Origin: Candidatus Methylomirabilia bacterium
Lineage (GTDB): Bacteria > Methylomirabilota > Methylomirabilia > Rokubacteriales > CSP1-6
DNA length: 34,707 nt
Direction of reading: 5' to 3'
NCBI GenBank assembly: GCA_041496385.1
Contig: JBGQEL010000039.1
Span: forward strand, 1-34,707
Within the stretch, counting starts at the first letter, position 1. Each line of letters begins with the position of its first letter. Of the stretch, positions 20,018 to 31,000 are shown in pieces. The translations under genes and the position numbers were made by a program. The notes under the pieces are model-generated. The model did not search any database, had not been told where the DNA came from, and saw only the letters and a program-made list of their open reading frames with translations.

Positions 20018-20780
20018 ATGAGCGCGACGACGCGGTGGGCGCTCGTCCTCACGGGGACCGCTCCCCTGTTCCCGCAGCTCTTGGGGAGCGTCGTCAACAT
20101 CTGGTACAACCTCGCGCAGATCGACCCGCTGCTCACGCCGGGCCAGCGCGACATCTTCATGCGCACCGTCGCGGCATTCAACCTCGCGGTGTACCCGCCG
20201 CTGCTCGCGGTCTGGGCGACCATCCTCGGCTCGCTCCGCGACCCGTTCCGGCGGCTGGCGCGCGGCGAGTCCGTCGACCCTCCGCGGCTCGCCCGCGCCC
20301 GGCGGCGGGTGATCAACCTTCCCTGGTGGATGGTGGTGCTTGTTTCTCCTCGCGCTGACCCGTTCGCCCGAGCCGCTCGACCACCGCCTCTGGGCGCACC
20401 TGCCGGTGTCGTTCGCCATCTCGGGGCTCGTACACCTCAACGCGCGGCTGGCGGGCGAGGGGCGCCCGCCGCTCGCGGTCGGCATCGGCATCCAGACCGG
20501 ACGCGCCGTCGTCGGCAGCATCGGCTCGCCGCGCCGCCTCGAATACACGGCGATCGGCGACACCGTGAACGTCGCCTCGCGGGTCGAGGGGCTCACCAAG
20601 CGCCTCGGCGAACCGTTGCTGCTCACCGCGGCGACGCACGCCGCCCTGCGCTCGGCGCGGGCGCTGGACACCCTGGGGCCGCAGCCGGTGCGCGGGCAGA
20701 AGGACCCCGTGCTCGTCTTCCGCCTCACCCCAGCTTCGCCCGGGCGCGTCCTGAGGGGCGCGCTACAATGTGCCGCGTGA
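20018..20780 (+). pseudogene. Membrane adenylate/guanylate cyclase remnant
   Basis: TM N-terminus, frameshift at ~20342, then an abrupt jump at ~20432 to the cyclase C-terminal half (GIGIQTG, YTAIGDTVNVASRVEG). The metal-binding F.DI and GD motifs are absent. Confidence 0.8.
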
Positions 20781-20805
20781 TCGCAGCCGGTCGATGGAGG
20801 GTGCG

Positions 20806-21251
20806 ATGCCGAAGATGATCATGCCGAAGGGATGGCCCGCGCCGCTGGGAATGTACTCACACGGGATGACGGTACCGGCCGGCGAGATCCTCGTCGTCGC
20901 CGGGCAGGTGGGGATGAAGGAGGGTCGCGTCGCCGGCGACGACGTCGGCAGCCAGACGAAGCAGGCCCTCGAGAACGTCGCCGCCATCCTCCAGGCAGGC
21001 GGCTGCCGCTGGCGCGACGTCGTGCGGCTGCAGACGTTCCTGACGGACGCGGACGACATCCCGGGATTCATGAAGGCGCGGCAGGAGGTCTTCCCCCGCT
21101 ATTTCGCCGACGGCGCGTACCCGCCCAACACGCTGCTGGTCGTGAGCCGGCTCGTGCGGCCGGAGTTGAAGGTCGAGGTCGAGGCGATGGCGGTGCGGCC
21201 ACGCCCCGCGGCGCGGCGGAAGCCGGTCGCCGGGAGAACGCGGAGCCGCCG

Positions 21252-21255
<4 letters not shown>
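20806..21255 (+). CDS. Rid/YjgF family protein
   Basis: PLGMYSHG, VAGQVG, QTKQALEN, VEVEAMA; GGAGG RBS. Confidence 0.88.
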
Positions 21256-22802
<1,547 letters not shown>

Positions 22803-22816
22803 GCGGTCGCGCGCGC

Positions 22817-24082
22817 GTGTTCGACGGGCACCTCGAGACGCAAGCCCCCGACGCCCTGCGCGCGCACCAGTGGCGGCGCTTCCACGCCATGGCGCGCGAG
22901 CTGCTCGCGTCCAATCGCTTCGTTGGAGCCAAGTGGCGCGCGGCGGGCGTGGCCTCGGTGGACGATCTTCGCGGTTGGGAGGACTTCCGGCGCCTCCCCT
23001 TCACGCTGAAGCGTGAGTTCGTCGAGGACCAGGCGGCGAGCCCCCCCTTCGGCACGAACCTGACGTATCCCCTCGAGCGCTACGTCCGCGTCCACCAGAC
23101 ATCCGGGACGAGCGGCCAGCCCATCCGCTGGCTCGAGACGCAGGCGTCGTGGGAGTGGTGGGCCCGTTGCTGGGGATTCGTCCTGCGCGGCGCGGGCGTG
23201 ACGGAGACGGATCGCGTCTTCTTTCCCTTCTCGTTCGGGCTCTTCATCGGCTTCTGGGCGGGCTTCGAAGGCGCGCGCGCCCTCGGCGCGCTGGCGATCC
23301 CGGGCGGCGGCCAGGACTCGCCGACGCGGCTGGCCTGGATCGAGGCGCTCGGCGCGACGGTGCTCGTGTGCACGCCCTCGTACGCCCTCCACCTGGTCGA
23401 GGTCGCGCGCGAGCGCGGGATCGATCTCGGCAGGTCTCCCGTGCGCGTCACCGTGCACGCCGGTGAGCCCGGCGCCGGGATTCCCGAGGTCCGGGCGAGG
23501 ATCGAAGCGCACTGGCGGGCGCGCGCCTTCGACCATGCCGGAATGACGGAGGTGGGCGCGTACGGCTACGAGTGCGCCGAGCAGGCGGGACTTCACGTCA
23601 ACGAATCGGAGTTCATCGCCGAGGTGATCGATCCGGCCACCGGCGCGCCGGCGCGGGAGGGCGAGCTCGTGCTGACCAATCTCGGACGGCTCGGCTCGCC
23701 CGCGCTCCGCTACCGCACCGGCGACCGCGTGCGCCTGGCCGACGCGCCCTGCGCCTGCGGACGCACGTTCGCGCGGCTCGCGGGCGGCATCCTGGGCCGT
23801 CTCGACGACATGCTGATCGTGCGGGGTGTCAACGTCTTCCCCGCGGCGGTCGAGGGCATCGTGCGCCGCTTCGCCGCCGTGGACGAGTTTCAGCTCGAGG
23901 TCTTTCGCGCGGGCGAGCTCGACGAGGTCCGCGTGCTGGTCGAGGTCGCCGACACGACGACGCCGCCCGCGGTGCAGGAGGCGCTCCGCGTCGGGCTCGG
24001 TATCCGCCTCGAGGTGCGCGCTGTGCCCCGGGGGAGCTTGCCCCGGTACGAGCTGAAGGCGCGCCGGGTCGTCCGGCGATGA
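22817..24082 (+). CDS. Phenylacetate-CoA ligase (PaaK)-like adenylating enzyme
   Basis: LPFTLK, HQTSGTSG, CTPSYAL, AGEPG, RYRTGD, GRLDDMLIVRGVNVFP. Confidence 0.85.
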   Translation: MFDGHLETQAPDALRAHQWRRFHAMARELLASNRFVGAKWRAAGVASVDDLRGWEDFRRLPFTLKREFVEDQAASPPFGTNLTYPLERYVRVHQTSGTSGQPIRWLETQASWEWWARCWGFVLRGAGVTETDRVFFPFSFGLFIGFWAGFEGARALGALAIPGGGQDSPTRLAWIEALGATVLVCTPSYALHLVEVARERGIDLGRSPVRVTVHAGEPGAGIPEVRARIEAHWRARAFDHAGMTEVGAYGYECAEQAGLHVNESEFIAEVIDPATGAPAREGELVLTNLGRLGSPALRYRTGDRVRLADAPCACGRTFARLAGGILGRLDDMLIVRGVNVFPAAVEGIVRRFAAVDEFQLEVFRAGELDEVRVLVEVADTTTPPAVQEALRVGLGIRLEVRAVPRGSLPRYELKARRVVRR

Positions 24083-24211
24083 AGCCGCGGTGCCGCCGCG
24101 CGCGGCTGGGCGGCGGCTCGGTGGCGAGGGCGGCGGCCGCCGCCAAGCGGGGGCCCGACAGAAGACGCGGCTCTTTGTCCCCGCTTCGGCTACTATCGAG
24201 AGGCACCGAGA

Positions 24212-26176
24212 ATGTCTGACGCACAGGAGCTGGCGCCCCAGGGAGAGTCCAAGAATCCCCAGGCCGTGCCCGGGACGGCGGTGCCGTTCGGCGGCACGGT
24301 CACCATCTTCTTCAGTGACATCCGGGGTTTCACGGACTACACGGAGCAGTTCGGAGACGAAGCCGCCTACCAGATCCTCCGAGAGCACAACGCCATCGTC
24401 GGCAAGCAGATCGAGGCGTTCGGTGGCGTCGTCGTCAAGACCCAGGGTGACAGCTTCATGGTCGCCTTCACGACGGCGCGTGGCGCCATCCTCTGCGCCG
24501 TCGCCATCCAGCGCGCGATCGCGGAGGCGCACGAGAACCAGACGGGTCCCCGGATCGCCGTCGGCATCGGCATCAACACCGGCGAGCCGATCCAGGAGGG
24601 CGGCGACTATTTCGGGAGCATGGTGAACCTTGCGGCCCGCATCTGCGCGTCCGCCGGTCCCGGACAGATCCTCGTCGCCGAGACGACGCGGTCCGTCGCC
24701 GGCCGGGTCGAGTCGGTCGACTACGTGGACCGCGGGCTTCATGAGCTCAAGGGATTTCCGGAAGCCAAGCGGCTCAGCGAGGTCGTCTGGCGTCCGGCGG
24801 ACGCGATCGCCCAGGCGACCGGCCATGGGGCGTCCGCGGGCGGCAAGGAGGAGGCCGCGGCGTTCAAGGCCGCCGTCCAGAAGGCGATCGGCGTGCTCAC
24901 GCGCGTGCTCGCCGTGACCCACCTGGACGACCCGGCGTTCGCGCCGCTCCTTGAATGCCAGGCCAAAGCGAGCGAGATCCGGCTGGCGCTCTCGCGGGCG
25001 GCCGCCGAGCGGCGGCCGGTCGGGGCGAAGCAGGTTCTGGAAGTGGTCGTCCCGTTCGAGAACTTCCTGACGCTCGTGGTCGAGGGCAGCACCCTCAGTG
25101 AGGAGCGCTGGGCCGAGCTCGACGCGGCCGTGGCCCGCGCGTTCGGGCGTCCCCTGGTGACGGCTGCCGCGCGTCGGCGGCTCTCCGGCGGGACGCGCGA
25201 GCGGCCGGAGCCCGCGGGCGAGATGAGGAGGCAGGTCGCCGCGCCCGCCGCGCCCCCGCGGATCCCGGTGACCCAGGCGATCACGCCGCCCCCGCTCGAC
25301 CCTCGTGCCGCGGGGGTGCGCTGGTGGGCCGCCGCCTACGCGGCGTGGAGCCAGTGGAAGCTCTCGGGGATCGGCTGGGCCCACGCGCTGCGCGGCGAGC
25401 TGGGAAAGTATCCGTATCTTCTGAGCGTGCCGATCCAGGAGAGCGAGGACCACGACGACGGGCAGCTCTCGGGCGGCTATTTCCTCCTTCTCGAGCACAT
25501 CGAGAACCAGGCGTCGTCCTTCCTGCGCACGGCGCTCGAGCGCGCGCTCGAAGGCACCAAGGGCGCGGTCGCGCCCGACGTGCTGGGTCCGAAGCTCTAC
25601 CACGCCCTCGTCGAGGGCGGCCGGCTGCGCGAAACCTACGGGGCGCTCGTCCGCGAGGTCATCGGCATCGCGATCCCGAACCCGGGCGTCTGGGCCGACG
25701 GAGGCATGGTCGAGCACGAGGACGCGACCGTCGCGATCACGCGCCCGAGCGGCCTCATCGGAGAAACCGGTGAGCGGCCCGTGCGGCTCACCGACACCAA
25801 GGAGCGCCTGGCGGACCACAGCTTCACCGTGACGCTCGAGCCGCTGACCGCGCGCTTCTTCTACGTGAAGCCCGGCCAGATGAAGACGCCGCGCGACCTG
25901 CACCTCAAGCTCGTGGTGGACGGCAAGCCCTCGGACTGCGCGTGGTTCATCACGCTGAAGACCAGCCTCGTGGTCCGCGCGGAGCCGCGAGCCCTGCCGA
26001 AGGACGGCGTCTCGCTCCCGGGCCTCGGCAAGGACCACGCGGGCGCCTGGGTCGCCCTCTTCAATGCCGACCCCGATGCGTCGGGCTCCTACGAGCTGGT
26101 CGTCGGCCTACGGCCGCCCAAGCCGGCCGGGCCCCTCTGGTCGCCGTTCTCGCCTCCGGGACGGCGTCCGCGCTGA
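24212..26176 (+). CDS. Soluble class III adenylate cyclase with long unassigned C-terminus
   Basis: FFSDIRGFT, KTQGDSF, GINTGE, DYFGSMVNLAARI (Lys/Asp adenine selectors present). Confidence 0.85.
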   Translation: MSDAQELAPQGESKNPQAVPGTAVPFGGTVTIFFSDIRGFTDYTEQFGDEAAYQILREHNAIVGKQIEAFGGVVVKTQGDSFMVAFTTARGAILCAVAIQRAIAEAHENQTGPRIAVGIGINTGEPIQEGGDYFGSMVNLAARICASAGPGQILVAETTRSVAGRVESVDYVDRGLHELKGFPEAKRLSEVVWRPADAIAQATGHGASAGGKEEAAAFKAAVQKAIGVLTRVLAVTHLDDPAFAPLLECQAKASEIRLALSRAAAERRPVGAKQVLEVVVPFENFLTLVVEGSTLSEERWAELDAAVARAFGRPLVTAAARRRLSGGTRERPEPAGEMRRQVAAPAAPPRIPVTQAITPPPLDPRAAGVRWWAAAYAAWSQWKLSGIGWAHALRGELGKYPYLLSVPIQESEDHDDGQLSGGYFLLLEHIENQASSFLRTALERALEGTKGAVAPDVLGPKLYHALVEGGRLRETYGALVREVIGIAIPNPGVWADGGMVEHEDATVAITRPSGLIGETGERPVRLTDTKERLADHSFTVTLEPLTARFFYVKPGQMKTPRDLHLKLVVDGKPSDCAWFITLKTSLVVRAEPRALPKDGVSLPGLGKDHAGAWVALFNADPDASGSYELVVGLRPPKPAGPLWSPFSPPGRRPR

Positions 26177-26194
26177 CCGCGGGCGCGGGGTCGG

Positions 26195-27160
26195 CTACTG
26201 CTGCTGCTGCTGCTGCGAGGCGATCTCCTCGCCCGCGGCCAGGCGGTCGAGGCTACGCTCGGGGATCTCGCGAAAGACGGGCAGGTCGATCTGCCGCACG
26301 GCCTCGTGGAGCGTCCCGACGCCCGTGGCCGGCGTCACTTCCGTGAAGACCTCGGCCCGGAGGGTCTCCCTGGCGACACCGCGGAAGATCCCCTTGTTGG
26401 GCGGGACGTCGTCGTAGTGACGCCCGTGGCCGACGACGACGTAGCGCTCGTCCACCTCCCGGTCGTGCGTGGGGTCGAAGGGCACCCAGCCGCCGCCCGG
26501 CGAGTAGAACTCGATCCACGCGTGGCTCTGCGACGCCTCGCGCGTCGTTCGCTCAACGTGCAGGTAGCCGCTCACGTAGCGGCAGGGGATGCCCCGTAGG
26601 CGCAGGAGCGCCAGCATGAGGTGCGCGAAATCCTGGCAGACGCCGGCGCCGATCTTCAGGAAGTCCTCCGTCGTCGAGTCGTAGCGTGTCACGTCCTTCC
26701 GGTACTCGAAGCGCTTGCGGATGTACTTGCCCAGCGCCAGGACCTGCTCGCCGATCGGCGCGCGCGGCGGCAGCGCGGCCACGCGGAGCGCCGCGCGCAG
26801 CGCGGGCGTGACCCTGACGGGGCCGCCGAACTCGACGAAGTCGCGCAGGGCGTACGGTAGCGGGTCACGCGTCGGCGCCTCGACGAGCGTCGCGATCGCC
26901 GGGCTCGTCACGTGGGTGCGAACGAGCGAGCGGGCGTCCACCTCGATCCGGTCGTGGAACTTCGTGATCGTGAAGTGGTGCGTGAGGTTGTCGTTCCAGT
27001 CGCGATAGCGGAAGACGCGCGTCGGCGGACCCACGGCGAGCTGGAACGAGGCGACCGTCTGGCTCGCCGTCGTCTTCGGTTGCACGCGGAGCTCCAGGAA
27101 CGACTCGCTGATGTAGCCGTCGTACTCGAACGCGAAGCGATGCTCGACCTGGAGAAACAT
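26195..27160 (-). CDS. Bacterial transglutaminase-like protein with Q6 tail
   Basis: GVCQDFAH, RYVSGY, HAWIE, FDPT (Cys-His-Asp triad), GRHYDDVPP. Confidence 0.92.
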   Translation of the reverse strand: MFLQVEHRFAFEYDGYISESFLELRVQPKTTASQTVASFQLAVGPPTRVFRYRDWNDNLTHHFTITKFHDRIEVDARSLVRTHVTSPAIATLVEAPTRDPLPYALRDFVEFGGPVRVTPALRAALRVAALPPRAPIGEQVLALGKYIRKRFEYRKDVTRYDSTTEDFLKIGAGVCQDFAHLMLALLRLRGIPCRYVSGYLHVERTTREASQSHAWIEFYSPGGGWVPFDPTHDREVDERYVVVGHGRHYDDVPPNKGIFRGVARETLRAEVFTEVTPATGVGTLHEAVRQIDLPVFREIPERSLDRLAAGEEIASQQQQQQ

Positions 27161-28113
27161 CAGGTGACGAAGTACTGGCTCGCGAGCGCGTCGTGGATCT
27201 TGCCCAGCTCGGCGGCCACGTGATCGAGCAGGCCCACGAAATCGCCCCGCCGCATGAGCTCCTCGTCGTCATAGCAGAGATCGGCGTGGAGCCGGCCCAC
27301 GAGTCGGGCCGGCGGCGTGAGGCCCTCGGGCCCGGCGATCTGCTCCAGGCACGCCCGCAGCGCCCCGGCGCCGGACCGGAGCGAGCGGGGCAGGTTCGAA
27401 TCGAAGAGCAAGAACGCGATAACCAGGTTCGGCTCGAGGCGGGCCCCGTAGATCTTGCGGTAGTTCTCGAGGGACGAGAGGCTCCGGAGCAGCGTCCGCC
27501 ACTGCGTGTAGTAGAGCGGCAGATCGGTGCGCGGGTCGGCCGCCAGCAGCCCCGGGAGCTTGGCACGCAGGATCAGCGTGGTCCGGTAGAGACGCTCCAG
27601 CGACTCGCCGAGCCGCACGAAGAGCCAGCTCTCGTCACGCGTGAAGGTCTGCTCGACCGCGCCGAGGATGGTGAAGATTCCCTTCTGGGTCGTCGTCAGC
27701 GCGTCACGGAAGGCGGGGAGGTCGGACAGGCCACGCCGCTCGTAGGCCTCGACGGCGCGAAAGGTCTCGTTGAGCGCGAGGAACACCTCGAGGGTGAGCG
27801 CCTCGCGCACCGAGCGCGCGTTCTCACGCGCCTTCCGCAGGGAGTAGTTCACCGAGTAGGCGTTGCCGGAGTCGAGGAAGAACGCGTGCAGGTGCGGCAC
27901 GGCGAGCGGCGCGAACGGCATGATCGGGCGCGTCATCTGGGCCGAGGGGAAGATGGCCAGGAGGTCCTTCCAGGCGGCCTGCGCGAGGGGCTCGGCGAGC
28001 CCCTGCGTCTCGGTCGAGAAGTCTTCCGTGACGAGGAGGAGCCGCGTGATGCTGCCCGCGCGCTCCACGTAGCGGCCCATCCAGTAGAGCGCGTCGGCGA
28101 CCCGGGAGAGCAT
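27160..28113 (-). CDS. Alpha-E domain protein
   Basis: MLSRVADALYWMGRYVERA, ARENARSVRE, second ER motif GESLER, LPRSL. Confidence 0.93.
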   Translation of the reverse strand: MLSRVADALYWMGRYVERAGSITRLLLVTEDFSTETQGLAEPLAQAAWKDLLAIFPSAQMTRPIMPFAPLAVPHLHAFFLDSGNAYSVNYSLRKARENARSVREALTLEVFLALNETFRAVEAYERRGLSDLPAFRDALTTTQKGIFTILGAVEQTFTRDESWLFVRLGESLERLYRTTLILRAKLPGLLAADPRTDLPLYYTQWRTLLRSLSSLENYRKIYGARLEPNLVIAFLLFDSNLPRSLRSGAGALRACLEQIAGPEGLTPPARLVGRLHADLCYDDEELMRRGDFVGLLDHVAAELGKIHDALASQYFVT

Positions 28114-29549
28114 CAGGCGTCCTTGGGCGCCAGCACCCAGGTGTCCTTGCTGCCGCCGCCTTGCGAGGAGTTGACGACGTAGGAGCCCGACCGCAGCGCC
28201 ACACGCGTGAGCCCGCCGGGGAGGACGCGGACCGACTCGCCGAAGAGGATGAACGGCCGGAGGTCAATCCGCCGCGGCTCGAACCGGCCCTCGAGGTACG
28301 TCGGGTGGACGGAGAGCTCGACGAGGGGCTGGGCGATGTAGTTGTCCGGATTCTTCCGCATCCGGCCCAGGTACTCCTCGATCTCCCGCTTCGACGCGAA
28401 CGGGCCCATCAGCATCCCGTAGCCGCCCGAGTCGCCCGTGGTCTTGATGACGAGCTCCCGCGCATGCTCGCGGATGTAGGCGAGGTCCTTTGGCCGGAAG
28501 CCGAGGTAGGTCGGCACCTGCGGCAGGAGCGGCGCCTCGCCGAGGTAGTACGTGATGAGCTCGGGCATGAAGGCGTAGACGGACTTGTCGTCGGCGACGC
28601 CGGCACCCGGCGCGTTCGCGAGTCCGACGTTGCCCTCGCGGTAGACGTTCATGAGCCCCGGGACGCCGAGCAGGCTGTCGCGTCGGAAGGTGAGCGGGTC
28701 GAGGAAGTCGTCGTCCACGCGGCGGTAGATGACGTCGACCTTCTGCTTGCCGCGCGTCGTCCGCATGAAGACGTGGTTGTCCTCGACGATCAGGTCGCGG
28801 CCCTCGACGAGAAAGACGCCCATCTCGCGCGCCAGGAACGAGTGCTCGAAGTAGGCCGAGTTGGCCATGCCTGGCGTCAGGATCACGACGACCGGCCGTT
28901 CGCTCCCGCGCGGCACCGCGTGGAGCAGGGTCTCCAGCAGGAGGTTCGGGTAGTCCTTGATCGGACGCACGGGGTAGGCGGTGAAGAACTCGGGAAAGAC
29001 GCGGTTGAGGACGTTGCGATTCTCGAGGACGTAGGAGACGCCCGAGGGGCAGCGGCAGTTGTCCTCGAGGACCAGGTACTCGCCGCGGTCGTTCCGGACG
29101 ACGTCGGTGCCGACCACGTGCGTGTAGATGCGCTGCGGCGGGATGACGCCGAGGAGCTCGCGCTTGTACTCCCGGCGCGAGAGCACCAGCTCCGCTGGGA
29201 TGACGCCGTCCCGCAGGCACTTCTGGCCCTGGTAGACGTCGAGGATGAAGAGGTTCAGCGCGGTGACACGCTGGACGAGCCCCGCCTGCAGGCGCTCCCA
29301 CTCGGGCGCCGGGATCACGCGGGGCACGAAGTCAAAAGGGAAGATCCGCTCGGTGCCCTCCTTCTCGCCGTAGACCGTGAACGTGATCCCCTGGTCCATG
29401 AGCGAGAGCTTCTGCAGCCGTTCGCGCCGCTCGATCTCGCCGTGCGTGAACGACTCGAGGATCGAGACGATGGGCCGGTAGTGCTGGCGCGGCGCGCCGC
29501 CCCGCTCGAACGCCTCATCGAATGCCTTCGTCTCGGGCACCCATTTCAT
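28113..29549 (-). CDS. Circularly permuted type 2 ATP-grasp amidoligase
   Basis: FPFDFVPR, VLEDNCRCPSGVSY, NSAYFEH, IYRRVDDDFLDP, GGLTRVAL, NSSQGGGSKDTWV. Confidence 0.95.
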   Translation of the reverse strand: MKWVPETKAFDEAFERGGAPRQHYRPIVSILESFTHGEIERRERLQKLSLMDQGITFTVYGEKEGTERIFPFDFVPRVIPAPEWERLQAGLVQRVTALNLFILDVYQGQKCLRDGVIPAELVLSRREYKRELLGVIPPQRIYTHVVGTDVVRNDRGEYLVLEDNCRCPSGVSYVLENRNVLNRVFPEFFTAYPVRPIKDYPNLLLETLLHAVPRGSERPVVVILTPGMANSAYFEHSFLAREMGVFLVEGRDLIVEDNHVFMRTTRGKQKVDVIYRRVDDDFLDPLTFRRDSLLGVPGLMNVYREGNVGLANAPGAGVADDKSVYAFMPELITYYLGEAPLLPQVPTYLGFRPKDLAYIREHARELVIKTTGDSGGYGMLMGPFASKREIEEYLGRMRKNPDNYIAQPLVELSVHPTYLEGRFEPRRIDLRPFILFGESVRVLPGGLTRVALRSGSYVVNSSQGGGSKDTWVLAPKDA

Positions 29550-29567
29550 GCGGCACAGGATAGCATT

Positions 29568-29882
29568 TCAGAAATGGAGCGCGAGCCAGACGGTGGGCTC
29601 CGCCGCGTCCGTCCACTCGACGCGGTGGCGCCGCCGCGCCGGGATCAGAACATGATCGCCCGGCCGCAGCGTGAGGGGCGCGGCGTCGCCCTCGAAGCGG
29701 AGGCCCGCGCCGCCGCGGAGCAGCAGAACCCACTCGGCCCGATCCTGGTCGTACCAGCGGCCGGCGGGCGTCGCGTGGCCCATGGACACTATCCGCTCGA
29801 GACGAAATCCCGGCGCCTCGAGCAACACCTCGACGACCTCCTCGCCGGGCGCCGGCGGCGGATCGCGGAACAGGTTCTCGAT
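29568..29882 (-). CDS. Cupin domain protein; expected start codon reads ATC
   Basis: NLF...RLERIVSMGHATP..WYDQDRAEWVLL...PGDHVLIPARRRHRVEWT. No ATG/GTG/TTG between the globin stop and the domain start. Confidence 0.75.
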   Translation of the reverse strand: MENLFRDPPPAPGEEVVEVLLEAPGFRLERIVSMGHATPAGRWYDQDRAEWVLLLRGGAGLRFEGDAAPLTLRPGDHVLIPARRRHRVEWTDAAEPTVWLALHF

Positions 29883-29902
29883 GCCGCCGAGAATAGCAGA
29901 CG

Positions 29903-30346
29903 CTAGCGGCCGACGATCTGCCTCTTCATGCCGCCGAGGGCAGAGAGCAGCTCGCTCTTCTCCTGCGCCGGCCCCTTGAACTTGTCGAGCGACTTCACCA
30001 GATCCTCCACGAGGGCGCCGAAGTCGCCGTCGGTGATCGCCATGCCGCGGTGGGCGTCCGCCATGCTCCTGCCGGTGTACTTGCACGGTCCACCCGTCGC
30101 CTCGCAGATCTGGTCGACGAGCATGCCCTTGAGCCGCGGGACGGTGGCGCCCTGGAAGCGCGCGTTGATGCGGCCGTCGGCCGCCACGTTGCCGATGAAG
30201 TCGTCCACGACGGCCGTGATCGCCCCCTTGCCGCCGAGCCGGTCGTAGAGGGACTTCTTCTCCATGGCCATCTTGCCGTCCATGCCCGCGCAGCCCGCCG
30301 CCGCGAAGAGCGCCACCGCCGCGACCCCGAAGACAAAGCGTCTCAT
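29903..30346 (-). CDS. Group 1 truncated hemoglobin with lipoprotein signal
   Basis: SLYDRLGG, ATGGPCKYTGRSMADAH (proximal His); N-terminus MRRFVFGVAAVALFAAAGC; AGGAGG RBS. Confidence 0.9.
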   Translation of the reverse strand: MRRFVFGVAAVALFAAAGCAGMDGKMAMEKKSLYDRLGGKGAITAVVDDFIGNVAADGRINARFQGATVPRLKGMLVDQICEATGGPCKYTGRSMADAHRGMAITDGDFGALVEDLVKSLDKFKGPAQEKSELLSALGGMKRQIVGR

Positions 30347-30390
30347 CGTCGATCCTCCTGTGTGTGGTCGAGAGCTGGACCTCTACGCGG

Positions 30391-30430
30391 GACTACGGGC
30401 GGGATCCGAGCTTGGATCTCCGACGTAGTC
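30391..30430. promoter_or_regulatory. Palindromic bidirectional ECF promoter (GATCC-N16-CGTA on both strands)
   Basis: 40-bp imperfect palindrome, 15 of 20 pairs matching, between the globin and sigma genes. Confidence 0.65.
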
Positions 30431-30451
30431 ATGACAGATTGTCGAGCGAGC

Positions 30452-31000
30452 ATGACGAGCGCGGGCGGGGACCTCATCAGGGGCATGGCGGCCGGCGACC
30501 GGGAGGCGTTCGCCCGGTTCTACGACCGCTACGCGCCGCTCGTCTACCCGTTGATCGTGCGGATCGTGCGGGAGCGCGCGGAAGCGGCGGACGTGCTGCA
30601 GGAGGTATTCTGGGAGACGTGGCAGGGCGCGTCGGGCTACGATCCCGGTCGCGGCAGCCCGGAGGCCTGGCTGATCACGCGAGCCCGGAGCCGCGCGATC
30701 GATCGCGTGCGGACGCTGCGCAGGCGCGGGGAGACCTTCGTGGCGCCGCTGGACGAATCGCTCGCCGCCGCGCCCGCCGACCCGGGGGGCGACCCGACGC
30801 AGCGCGCGGAGGAGCGCGGGGTGCTCCGGAGCGCCCTTGGACGGCTGCCCGAGGCGCAGCGTGAGGTCATCGAGCTCGCGTACTACGCCGGGTTCACGCA
30901 GACGGAGATCGCCGAGCGGCTCAAGCAACCGCTCGGCACCGTGAAGACCCGCATCCGGCTCGCGCTCGAGCGCCTGCGTGAGGTCGTTCAACCCACATGA
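30452..31000 (+). CDS. ECF sigma factor, SigK-like
   Basis: GDREAF..FYDRY, AADVLQEVF..W, WLITRARSRAIDR, YYAGFTQTEIA...GTVKTRIR. Alternative start at 30431. Confidence 0.92.
   Translation: MTSAGGDLIRGMAAGDREAFARFYDRYAPLVYPLIVRIVRERAEAADVLQEVFWETWQGASGYDPGRGSPEAWLITRARSRAIDRVRTLRRRGETFVAPLDESLAAAPADPGGDPTQRAEERGVLRSALGRLPEAQREVIELAYYAGFTQTEIAERLKQPLGTVKTRIRLALERLREVVQPT

Noticed and set aside
20777..20818. Another GTGA...ATGA bridge before rid
   Set aside because: It ends on Met4 of Rid, but the SD-supported start is 20806 and the upstream gene is a pseudogene; likely chance.
24087..24098. GCGGTGCCGCCG shared with the 54-bp repeat
   Set aside because: A GC-rich 12-mer with no flanking similarity; plausible by chance.
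26190..26220. Cys-run peptide (YCCCCCCE) on the + strand
   Set aside because: It is the reverse complement of the poly-Gln codons.
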